A model generated the notes under the pieces. That model was not told the origin of the DNA, made no database searches, and was given only the letters and a program-made list of their open reading frames with translations. A program made the position numbers and the translations under genes. Positions 1 to 8,126 of a stretch of 64,000 nt of DNA are shown in pieces. Within the stretch, counting starts at the first letter, position 1; the number at the start of each line of letters is the position of its first letter. This DNA comes from Patescibacteria group bacterium (GTDB lineage: Bacteria > Patescibacteriota > Minisyncoccia > Phycocordibacterales > PALSA-1337), in contig JANLHG010000014.1 of the NCBI GenBank assembly GCA_024654575.1, positions 24,745 through 88,744 of the forward strand. The letters run 5' to 3'.

Positions 1-400
1 CTAATTCATTAAATGGTCCAACAACAAAAGAATCAAAGGTATATTTAGGATTAAGATTATCGTCTTTGTTTATATAGTAATCTTGTAAAGGTAATTCCCC
101 ATTCCAAGCTTGAGATGAGTAATTTTGTCCAAAATCTTTTTTGTGGGAGTCTTCTTTAGCTATAATATATTCTAAGGCTCGTATTCTACTATCTATATTT
201 CTTAATAATTTTAATATAGTCTGATGGTATTTATTTAAAAGCCAATCTTTAACAAAAGCGTTCGGAACACTCAAATATATTACTCCTTCATCACTTTTTA
301 GTATAAATGTATCTTTAAACCATGTGCTAAAATTAGCTTTAGAAACAGATAATTCTATTTCTACTAAAATAGAATCCCATAATTTATTTAGATCATTCAT
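1..400 (-). CDS. dnaA: Chromosomal replication initiator DnaA, N-terminal part (partial; gene continues beyond window start)
   Basis: Minus-strand ATG at 400 opens MNDLNKLWDSILVEIELSVSKANFSTWF... and the frame reaches position 1 with no stop. The last residues YTFDSFVVGPFNELA match the classical DnaA YTFDNFVVG motif. The gene is missing from the ORF track because it runs off the edge. It lies divergent from rpmH, the usual origin-proximal arrangement. Confidence 0.8.
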   Translation of the reverse strand, partial: MNDLNKLWDSILVEIELSVSKANFSTWFKDTFILKSDEGVIYLSVPNAFVKDWLLNKYHQTILKLLRNIDSRIRALEYIIAKEDSHKKDFGQNYSSQAWNGELPLQDYYINKDDNLNPKYTFDSFVVGPFNEL

Positions 401-495
401 AAGTACAATTTAGTATATACTGCTCCTTTAAAAAAGAAACTTGTGAAAAGTATATAAATTGTTTATAATGTGTGAACAAGTTGTTTATAATAAAA

Positions 496-630
496 ATGTC
501 ATTCACATACAAACCTAAAAAAAGAAAACGAGCAAGAAGTCATGGATTTTTAAAGAGACAAAGAACCATTGGTGGAAAGAGGGTAGTTTCTAGGCGTAGA
601 GCTAAAGGAAGGAGTAGGGTTACCGTATAA
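496..630 (+). CDS. rpmH: 50S ribosomal protein L34
   Basis: Found by reading the sequence, not in the ORF track. It encodes [44 protein letters not shown] (44 aa), a canonical L34, and sits directly upstream of rnpA. Confidence 0.88.
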   Translation: MSFTYKPKKRKRARSHGFLKRQRTIGGKRVVSRRRAKGRSRVTV

Positions 631-633
631 GAT

Positions 634-897
634 ATGTCTTCTTTGTTTTTTACCTTTCGAGTTGTTTCAAAAACATTCAAAAAAGGTCGTAAATACGCAG
701 TTGTTATTTCAAAAAAAATAGAAAAGTCTGCTGTAAAAAGGAATTTACTTAAAAGAAGGATTTTTTCTATTCTTAGAGATAATATACCGGAGTCTTTCAA
801 TGGTGCAATTATTGTTTTTCCCAAAAAAGATAGTAATAAATTATCTTTTTCTGACTTAAAAAAAGAACTTTTGTTAAAACATGTCCTTCCTATATAA
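634..897 (+). CDS. rnpA: Ribonuclease P protein component
   Basis: 87-aa basic protein (KRNLLKRRIF motif) in the conserved rpmH-rnpA-yidC order. Confidence 0.8.
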   Translation: MSSLFFTFRVVSKTFKKGRKYAVVISKKIEKSAVKRNLLKRRIFSILRDNIPESFNGAIIVFPKKDSNKLSFSDLKKELLLKHVLPI

Positions 898-1612
898 TAA
901 CTTTGTTTATGAACCTCTCTATAATGGATTAGTATTTCTTATTAGTATTTTGCCGTGGATAGATGTTGGGGTGGCTGTAGCACTTTTCACTGTTATAGTA
1001 AAATTAATATTGTTCCCTCTTTCTTACCGCTCTGTTAAAACACAGGTGAATATGAAAAAGATAGAACCTGAGTTAAACGCTATAAAATTAAAATTTCAAG
1101 ATAAACAAGAACAAGCTAGACAGGTTATGGCTCTCTATAAAGAAAAAAAGGTTAATCCATTTTCAGGTTTTTTTCTTATTTTAATTCAAATTCCTATAAT
1201 TTTTGCCCTTTATTCAATATTTTTACATTCTGGTCTGCCTAGTATAAATATTGATATGTTGTATTCTTTTGTGAAAGCTCCTATTTCTGTTGATATGAAT
1301 TTTTTAGGTTTAATTGATATAGCTAAAAAGAGTATTATTCTTTCTTTATTAGCTGGTATTACACAGTTTTTCCAAATAAAATTTTCTATGCCTAAACCTG
1401 CTATAACTCCTAATAATTCAACGGCTTCTTTTAAAAATGACCTTGCGCGAAGTATGAGTTTCCAGATGCGTTATGTAATGCCTATTATAGTATTTTTTAT
1501 CTCCTATAGTATTTCAGCGGCGATTGCTATCTATTGGTCTGTTAGTAATCTATTTATGATTGGTCAAGAGATATATGTGAGAAGAAAGATAAAAAAACAA
1601 CCCTCTAATTAA
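881..1612 (+). CDS. yidC: Membrane protein insertase YidC/Oxa1 (short form)
   Basis: 243 aa with multiple TM segments and conserved-looking YidC core sequence (LFPLSYRSVKTQVNMKKIEPELNAIKLKF...). It overlaps the rnpA stop. Confidence 0.85.
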   Translation: MSFLYNNFVYEPLYNGLVFLISILPWIDVGVAVALFTVIVKLILFPLSYRSVKTQVNMKKIEPELNAIKLKFQDKQEQARQVMALYKEKKVNPFSGFFLILIQIPIIFALYSIFLHSGLPSINIDMLYSFVKAPISVDMNFLGLIDIAKKSIILSLLAGITQFFQIKFSMPKPAITPNNSTASFKNDLARSMSFQMRYVMPIIVFFISYSISAAIAIYWSVSNLFMIGQEIYVRRKIKKQPSN

Positions 1613-2864
1613 CTTCTAGTCCCCACAACGTCAAATCATTCTTATTTATAAAAATAAGATAGTTATCTTTTTCATCAAGTGAAAGATTTATTGCATCTAT
1701 TTCTTGATTAGTAAGGTCTTTTAATTTTGCTAATTGTGTCAGTTCCCCATTTAGAGTATTAAGTTTCCAGATATCATCACTAAAATGCACCTTACCTTTA
1801 TACCAATCATCTGGATATTCGGCAGTTTTTGAAGATGTTGGATTAGCACAATAAATATCAGTTTTTACAAAATTTCCCCAAACACATTTTTCTGGGAAGG
1901 TTTTTAATAGAAGAGCTTCTTTTTCACCAGTTTTTACATCATAAAGCTGTAGGCTAAAATCATTTTGATTAGATTGACTATAAAGTATCTTATTTCCATC
2001 ACTATTAGCTAAAGTTGTTAGTCCTCTAATTTCTCCGATAGCTTTACTATAGTTACCGGTTTTTGTATTTAAAAAATAGGCATAACCAGAACTTTCTGCT
2101 GAGGGTTTGGTTGTGATGAGTATTTCACTGTCACTAAACCACTGTGTTAACCAGTTTTTAAAAGGAGAACTAAATATTTCTGTCTTTTGTGTTCCGTCTG
2201 CTTTAGAAATAATTCCATTTATTCCATTGCTATTTTCTTGAGTATAGAACATAAAATCTTTTTTAGGAGAAATACTGATTTGTTTTATGTCTTTTGGTAA
2301 AAAATTTCCAGTAACTGTTGTTTGCATGACGTTAATTAATGCAGTGGAGGTTGCGTTTTTTATAGGGATTATTTTTCCATAATAGCTTTCAATATAACTT
2401 TCGTCATCATTGGCGTATCTTATTACGAAGGAATTATTGTTTACCCATAAAGCTTCGTATATTTTAGGTATGGTTATGTTTGATATTCTAGTTTGATTTA
2501 AAGAATCGCTAACCGCTTGATAGATGTGTCCCGTTCCCCGCTCTGTGTAACGAATAGCTGTGGTACTTCCATTCCCTGTTGAAAAAGCTATAGCTCCCGC
2601 TGTTGGAACGATAGAAATCTGTCGGAGTTTTGGAACAGAAGTGCCGTTTGCTGTTTGGTAATTATCAGAATTATTAGCTGTTCCGTTTTCAGAAGAACTT
2701 ACTGAGTTTCCATTTCCGAATGGAAAGATATTTTTTGTGGTGCTAGCTATTTTTTCAGGTGTGGGTGTTACTCCTTTGTTTAAATAATAATAGATAAAAC
2801 TAAGGAATCCTCCCAGTATGATGATTGCCAATATGATTATTAAAAATACACTTTTTTTAGACAT
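1605..2864 (-). CDS. Hypothetical membrane-anchored extracytoplasmic protein (last gene of the T4SS-like operon)
   Basis: N-terminal TM helix (FLIIILAIIILGGFLSFIYYYL) followed by a Ser/Thr/Asn-rich region and a large domain with no recognisable motif. Its stop is convergent with yidC. Confidence 0.4.
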   Translation of the reverse strand: MSKKSVFLIIILAIIILGGFLSFIYYYLNKGVTPTPEKIASTTKNIFPFGNGNSVSSSENGTANNSDNYQTANGTSVPKLRQISIVPTAGAIAFSTGNGSTTAIRYTERGTGHIYQAVSDSLNQTRISNITIPKIYEALWVNNNSFVIRYANDDESYIESYYGKIIPIKNATSTALINVMQTTVTGNFLPKDIKQISISPKKDFMFYTQENSNGINGIISKADGTQKTEIFSSPFKNWLTQWFSDSEILITTKPSAESSGYAYFLNTKTGNYSKAIGEIRGLTTLANSDGNKILYSQSNQNDFSLQLYDVKTGEKEALLLKTFPEKCVWGNFVKTDIYCANPTSSKTAEYPDDWYKGKVHFSDDIWKLNTLNGELTQLAKLKDLTNQEIDAINLSLDEKDNYLIFINKNDLTLWGLEVN

Positions 2865-2872
2865 TATTTTAT

Positions 2873-3622
2873 TTAATGAAAACTGCTATCTAAAGAAGAT
2901 TGAGTCTTTTCTGTTTCAAGTTGTTGCCTATTTTGTATTGATTGGTCTATATCTATTCCCGCTTGTCGTGCTTCGGTTCTAATTTGGTCTGCTTCTTTTG
3001 TAAAACCTTCTAACATTAATTTATCAGCTGCAGTGCGAGATTCTATACTAATTTGTATTTTAAGTGTTGTAGCTTTTGAATAGTCTTTATTTTTTATAGC
3101 TTCTATTGCTGCTATTTTGTTATTACCGATTTTCCCTATATTTATTCCTAAATCACGAGTAGCTTGAGCTTGTTTTTCTAGAATTGCTTTAATTTCCGGA
3201 TCTTTTTCTAATAATGCTTGTCTTTCTAAATTTTCTGCATTAAGTCGTTCGATTTTTATTTGATCATTTAATGCTTTTTGTAAGTTTATTGCTTCCGAAG
3301 GAGGGTCTATTTTTATAGTAAGTTTATCAATTTCTAGATTTGAAAAATCAACCAGTTTTGGATTTATAGTATAAAGCAAAAGCCAAGCGCTGAGAGTCAA
3401 AAGAAGTCCTAATATCGCGTCCCATATCCTTTTTTTACCGTCTAATTTCATAGCTGGTATCCCAGACAGCATATATTCTAACCCCCCCCAAACAATCATA
3501 AGAATAGCAAAAGCAATAGCTATACCAATGCTAATTTTAAATATTGCACTCAGATAGGTAGATAAATCTGTAACAATGTTGTCTTTTATGAAAGGTAATG
3601 GTGCTAAAAGTTGATAATCCAT
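2873..3622 (-). CDS. Hypothetical protein with two TM segments plus a C-terminal coiled-coil (possible VirB2/pilin-like or VirB8/VirB10-like component)
   Basis: Two hydrophobic helices (ISIGIAIAFAILMIVWGG and ILGLLLTLSAWLLLY) followed by a charged heptad-rich tail. Operon context only; no motif-level identification. Confidence 0.35.
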   Translation of the reverse strand: MDYQLLAPLPFIKDNIVTDLSTYLSAIFKISIGIAIAFAILMIVWGGLEYMLSGIPAMKLDGKKRIWDAILGLLLTLSAWLLLYTINPKLVDFSNLEIDKLTIKIDPPSEAINLQKALNDQIKIERLNAENLERQALLEKDPEIKAILEKQAQATRDLGINIGKIGNNKIAAIEAIKNKDYSKATTLKIQISIESRTAADKLMLEGFTKEADQIRTEARQAGIDIDQSIQNRQQLETEKTQSSLDSSFH

Positions 3623-3626
3623 TTTA

Positions 3627-4319
3627 TTATTTTACTCCAAAATTAACTTTAAAATTAAATCTTGTTTTCTGAAAAAAATCTACGGTATTATTTACAACCA
3701 AAGAAATATCAGAACTACCAACAGTATCCCCTTCATGTCTTAAGATAATACTTCTATCAGTGTTGTCTGCAACATTCCCATTATTTATACTCCACTCATA
3801 TTCTAAATTATTTTTACCTGTTACATCTGTAGAGAAAAAATATGGTGATGCTAATAATACTATTTCGTCTTTAGAAAGAGCCAACGGTGAAGTTATGGCT
3901 TTATTATATAATATTCCGTAGAGAGGATCATCTTCATATATTATTGGTTCGGGATTTCTTGCTGATAGAGTGATGTCTTTTGTTGCTTTTAAACCATCTT
4001 CTGCGGTACTCACTTCTACTTCAATGGTAGTTGGTTTTGATAGAACCGTACCTTTGAAAGTATAACTATCTTTCCCGAGACCAGATAAACTTCCTAAAAC
4101 TTTGTAGTCCTGTTTCCAAGTGTATATCAAATTATTTGATTTAATACTCGGTACGGCTACAACTGTCACTGTTGATTGGGTGGTGTACAGAGCTTTTCCT
4201 TTATAAAAAGGTGGTGTGTAGGTATTTGTTTGCCAAAGTAAATCTACATAATTTGCTGTTTGAGCATATGTAGGTAAAGCTATTATAAGTAACAAAAAAA
4301 GAGAAATAATTCTATACAT
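3627..4319 (-). CDS. Hypothetical secreted protein (signal peptide)
   Basis: N-terminal signal-like sequence MYRIISLFLLLIIALPTYAQ, Thr/Ser-rich. No identifiable domain. Confidence 0.4.
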   Translation of the reverse strand: MYRIISLFLLLIIALPTYAQTANYVDLLWQTNTYTPPFYKGKALYTTQSTVTVVAVPSIKSNNLIYTWKQDYKVLGSLSGLGKDSYTFKGTVLSKPTTIEVEVSTAEDGLKATKDITLSARNPEPIIYEDDPLYGILYNKAITSPLALSKDEIVLLASPYFFSTDVTGKNNLEYEWSINNGNVADNTDRSIILRHEGDTVGSSDISLVVNNTVDFFQKTRFNFKVNFGVK

Positions 4320-4333
4320 TACAACCTATTTTA

Positions 4334-4639
4334 TCATAGTTTCTCCTCAGCTCTAACACTCATCCATGTGTATATCACGTCTCCAGACCAAGCGGGTAAG
4401 GCGTCGAGTAATGGAATTTCTTCTATTAGGAATGATAAACAGAGAGCCAAAATTCTATTTTTACTAAGTTTTACTCCTCGCATTAAAAAATAAAGCACCA
4501 AAGACATACCCATTACAATATCAATAAGGCGATTAGGTACAAGAAAAGGTGTAAGAAATACTTGTATTGTATCAACAGTAGCTGTGGCCCCAAGTACTAA
4601 CCCCCATTCCACATTTCCTATTTTTGATTTATTAGCCAT
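4334..4639 (-). CDS. Small integral membrane protein
   Basis: 101 aa with about 3 hydrophobic helices. Its start overlaps the VirB4-like stop by 8 nt. Confidence 0.35.
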   Translation of the reverse strand: MANKSKIGNVEWGLVLGATATVDTIQVFLTPFLVPNRLIDIVMGMSLVLYFLMRGVKLSKNRILALCLSFLIEEIPLLDALPAWSGDVIYTWMSVRAEEKL

Positions 4640-6446
4640 TTGATGCTAGTTCTTGTTTAGCTTTTTTAATTTCCAAAATTTGAGAAGGATTGGTAGTAAT
4701 GATTTGGTCCTCAGTGTAAGAAGCGATAATTTTAATAGCCACGTGTTTTAATCCCACGAAGAATATCCCCTCACCTATATCTGATTCAAGGAGTAGATAC
4801 TTTTCTTCGTCTGTCAGATTAAATGTTCTTTGGATGTTATCTATTGATGACGGTGACTGTTTTAGAAGAATTTGAATTGAAGAGTTGGTTATAATAGGTA
4901 ATCCGTAAGGTGATTTTAGAAAATCATCTACGTCCTGTGTGATGGTTGCAAGTCCTAGGTAATATTTTCTCCCTCTTTTCGCTAATCCAAGGAGGAAAGA
5001 TGCTGTATCTTCAGATTTCATCATCCACCACGCTTCATCAATCACTAAAAGGCGTTTTTTAAGATTTTTACGAATAGCATTCCAAATATAATGAGTAACA
5101 ATATACATCGCCACTGGTTTTAATTCGTCTTCCATATCTCGTAATGAAAAAACAATAAATTTTTTATTGATATCAACATTAGTTGGACGGTTAATGAAGC
5201 CAGACCAAGTTCCTTTTGTATATTTTGAAAGTCGTTGCACAAGCGATTCGGCACCTTCCATTCCAGCTAGTACCAATTCAAAATCCGACATAAGTGGCGG
5301 TTCTACATTAGCAAAATCTGATTCAGGAGAGATATCTTTAAGTGCGTATGTTTCAGTTATGGCTCTATCAATAATTGCATCTTCTTCTTGTGAAAGTCCT
5401 CCGAGCATAATTCTAAAAAGTCCCACAAGGTTGATTATGTTTGAACGAAGGACATCGGCCGATGATTCATCTTCTCTAGCTACAGGCAAATCAAACGGAT
5501 TGATATGATGTTCGGAATTAAGAGAAATATTAAAATATTTTCCTCCAGTGGCCTCTGCCATATACTCGTATTCTTTTTCTGGGTCAATAACAATAACTTC
5601 TGTATCAAACATAAGAGTTCGTAGAATTTCTAGTTTAGTAGCATATGATTTTCCAGCTCCAGCTTTGGCAAAAGTCACAGAATTGTAGTTTTCTAAAAGA
5701 AATCGGTCAAAAAGCACTAAACTTGAATTATGACGATTAATACCATATAAAATTCCCTTATCTGAAGTCAAGTCAAAAGAAACGAAAGGAAATATTGAAG
5801 ATAACGGCGATGAATTGAGTTTTGAGTGAACACTTAATTCATCTGTGGCTATAGGGAGGACACTTTTATATCCCTGTTCCTGTTGAAATAGAGCTGGTTT
5901 TAGATAGACAAGTTTTGCTTCAAGTATTGATTTAATTTCCGATTCAATTTTATCTAATTCCCCATCGCTATCTCCGTATAGAGTAATATAAACACCAACA
6001 TCAAAAATCTTTTCCTGCGCTTGCATAAGATTATCTCGCAAACTTTCAAGATCTCTGTATGCTGTGTCGAGCATTGGGTCTCTCACTAATCCCTTTTCTT
6101 CTCTCACATTAATCTGACTTTGTACTTCTGCCACCTTTTTCTGAAATTGACGAAGGACTTTTGCTGTTTCAACAGGATGAATAAAAATTGAAATATTAAA
6201 TACCTTATCTAAATTGATAATTGGAGCGAACCATGAATCGGAAAGATATCGTGGGTATGAGATAACGAAAAATGTTCTAGCTATTTTTTCTCCTAAATTT
6301 ATTTCTTTTGGTGTTATTTTAAGAGCAGATGGTGCAATAATATCTTTCAATTCCAAAACACCCGCCTCATATATTTCTTGAGGTAAAATAGAAGTTATTT
6401 GAGGTGCTTCTTCCTTTTTTCCAAAAATTTTATTTAAAAATGACAT
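4632..6446 (-). CDS. VirB4/TrbE/CagE-family type IV secretion ATPase (C-terminal ATPase portion)
   Basis: Walker A FAKAGAGKSYATK and the family-typical Walker B LLVIDEAWWMM (DEAW). Size and motif spacing fit VirB4. Confidence 0.75.
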   Translation of the reverse strand: MSFLNKIFGKKEEAPQITSILPQEIYEAGVLELKDIIAPSALKITPKEINLGEKIARTFFVISYPRYLSDSWFAPIINLDKVFNISIFIHPVETAKVLRQFQKKVAEVQSQINVREEKGLVRDPMLDTAYRDLESLRDNLMQAQEKIFDVGVYITLYGDSDGELDKIESEIKSILEAKLVYLKPALFQQEQGYKSVLPIATDELSVHSKLNSSPLSSIFPFVSFDLTSDKGILYGINRHNSSLVLFDRFLLENYNSVTFAKAGAGKSYATKLEILRTLMFDTEVIVIDPEKEYEYMAEATGGKYFNISLNSEHHINPFDLPVAREDESSADVLRSNIINLVGLFRIMLGGLSQEEDAIIDRAITETYALKDISPESDFANVEPPLMSDFELVLAGMEGAESLVQRLSKYTKGTWSGFINRPTNVDINKKFIVFSLRDMEDELKPVAMYIVTHYIWNAIRKNLKKRLLVIDEAWWMMKSEDTASFLLGLAKRGRKYYLGLATITQDVDDFLKSPYGLPIITNSSIQILLKQSPSSIDNIQRTFNLTDEEKYLLLESDIGEGIFFVGLKHVAIKIIASYTEDQIITTNPSQILEIKKAKQELASNG

Positions 6447-6447
6447 A

Positions 6448-7092
6448 TTAATTTACTTGAATTGGTTTTTCTAAATCACCAGGATTAAAGATTTTATAAA
6501 ATAGTTCAACGATTTCTTCTGTTCCTAACTGAACTACTCTTACTCCACATCGTACTAGCCCCTGTTCCACTACCGACATTCTTTGTTCAAGTTGACTTCT
6601 ATTTTCTTCAAAATCTTCCACTTTTTCTTTGGCCATGTCTTTAGAATCAGTTTTTTTACCAAATACATTCCCGATGACACTTTTTTTACCCTGTAAAACA
6701 GATGGAGAATAAGGAATTACTATAAAAAAACTTTTCGTCATAATATTTGAGCTTTCTGTAAAGGCCTTTATAAATTCAATATATTCTCGCGTTTGAATTT
6801 TCATCAGTTCCCCCACTTGTTCTTTGTAACGGTCCTCTAAAAGGGCTATATATGGTCGTATATCTAGTTTTTTTGATTGAACTACTATTTGCACAGAAAA
6901 ATCTAACGAGTTTAGAAAATTTTGAAATTGAAAAATTATAGAATTTTGTTCATCTGCTGATTTTAGAGCAAAATTCAAAGACGAAGCCATTATAATGGAA
7001 CGCATTGAGCCATCCTTAAGGACTACAATTCCGTCACGCACTTCTTTAATTGGAACGAAATCTTGTGTGGTTTTTGATGATGTGCTTGCCAT
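6448..7092 (-). CDS. Hypothetical protein, possibly the detached N-terminal domain of the VirB4-like ATPase
   Basis: Its stop codon (6448-6450) is 1 nt from the ATG of the 604-aa ATPase gene. The two products sum to about 818 aa, the usual VirB4 length. The protein has no Walker motifs. Confidence 0.35.
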   Translation of the reverse strand: MASTSSKTTQDFVPIKEVRDGIVVLKDGSMRSIIMASSLNFALKSADEQNSIIFQFQNFLNSLDFSVQIVVQSKKLDIRPYIALLEDRYKEQVGELMKIQTREYIEFIKAFTESSNIMTKSFFIVIPYSPSVLQGKKSVIGNVFGKKTDSKDMAKEKVEDFEENRSQLEQRMSVVEQGLVRCGVRVVQLGTEEIVELFYKIFNPGDLEKPIQVN

Positions 7093-7101
7093 TTGTTTTT
7101 A

Positions 7102-7545
7102 TTATACCTTATTTTTCTTAGACTCGTTGTACATTTCTTTTACTCCGGGTGTAGAAACTTCATTTATATCTAAACTCCACGTCAGATCTTTTAATTTGCT
7201 ATCTGAAAGTTTTGGTATGAAAACAGATGGTTGTGAGGCCTCGTCTTTTTTATGGACAATTTTTCTATCTTCCTTTTTCCATATGTATAATTTATTTCCC
7301 AGTGCATATTTTACTGCTGATTCAACAATTGAAATGAACGGTTTGCTATTTATTTTATAAAAAGCTAAGGCCAGTGAAAATCCAATCACTATCGCTATGA
7401 TAGGCAATGCAATGTAAATGTATAAAATAGCGTAAATTATATAAGATAGACCCGCTCCCCCAGCAAGATAAATGAACTGTTTTAGAGTCAATGGTCCGAA
7501 TATTTTATCTTCTATTTCTATAAATTGTGGTACTTGAAATTTCAT
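7102..7545 (-). CDS. Small two-TM membrane protein, VirB3/PrgI-like by position
   Basis: 147 aa with two adjacent TM helices (LAGGAGLSYIIYAILYIYIALPIIAIVIGFSLALAFY), located just upstream of the VirB4-like genes as VirB3-like proteins are in Gram-positive-type T4SS. Confidence 0.4.
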   Translation of the reverse strand: MKFQVPQFIEIEDKIFGPLTLKQFIYLAGGAGLSYIIYAILYIYIALPIIAIVIGFSLALAFYKINSKPFISIVESAVKYALGNKLYIWKKEDRKIVHKKDEASQPSVFIPKLSDSKLKDLTWSLDINEVSTPGVKEMYNESKKNKV

Positions 7546-7556
7546 AAATTAGATTA

Positions 7557-8126
7557 TTATATTTTATTAATAGGTTCACGATATGGGTCTACTTTGTACT
7601 CTTTTTTCGTTACAGGTGCAGCAAGTATGCTATCTATTTTTTTCAAATATGCAGGTCCTTCAACTTTATTAGGAGCAGGCAATTCATTTCTAGTATCAAT
7701 AATGGCTTCCACTTTCTTTTCTTCTTTTTTCACTTCAAATGATTCTTCTCTAGCCAAAACTGGATTTTCTATCTCATCAAGAATTTGTTCTTTGGAAATG
7801 GGTTCTTCAGAGTTATTATCTTGCATAAAATGACGAACTGATAATAATATTTTTTCATTTGCCTCTGATGCAATTTTTTCTGCGTCTGATCTAGATATTT
7901 CAAGCCTATTCTCAATATTTTTTATGTAATCATTTGGTTTTGTAATACCCAACATCAGTAATCTTGTTTCGCTATCTAATTCTCCAATTTGGTCTATATG
8001 TAAATTAAATTCTTTTCCAATTTCAATTAGATTTTCATACACTTTAGGTGAAGTGATCGCTTTTTGGAATTCTTCAGGCAGATTTTTTAATGTTGTTTTT
8101 GTATCCATATTTTTGTTTAATACCAT
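7557..8126 (-). CDS. Hypothetical cytoplasmic acidic protein
   Basis: 189 aa with no TM segment and no motif. Placed here by operon context only. Confidence 0.35.
   Translation of the reverse strand: MVLNKNMDTKTTLKNLPEEFQKAITSPKVYENLIEIGKEFNLHIDQIGELDSETRLLMLGITKPNDYIKNIENRLEISRSDAEKIASEANEKILLSVRHFMQDNNSEEPISKEQILDEIENPVLAREESFEVKKEEKKVEAIIDTRNELPAPNKVEGPAYLKKIDSILAAPVTKKEYKVDPYREPINKI

Noticed and set aside
540-824. 94-aa minus-strand ORF
   Set aside because: It lies antisense to rpmH and rnpA, both of which have clear protein identities. It is a shadow ORF.
5167-5508. 113-aa plus-strand ORF inside the VirB4-like gene
   Set aside because: Antisense shadow of a well-supported ATPase gene, and Ser-rich low complexity.
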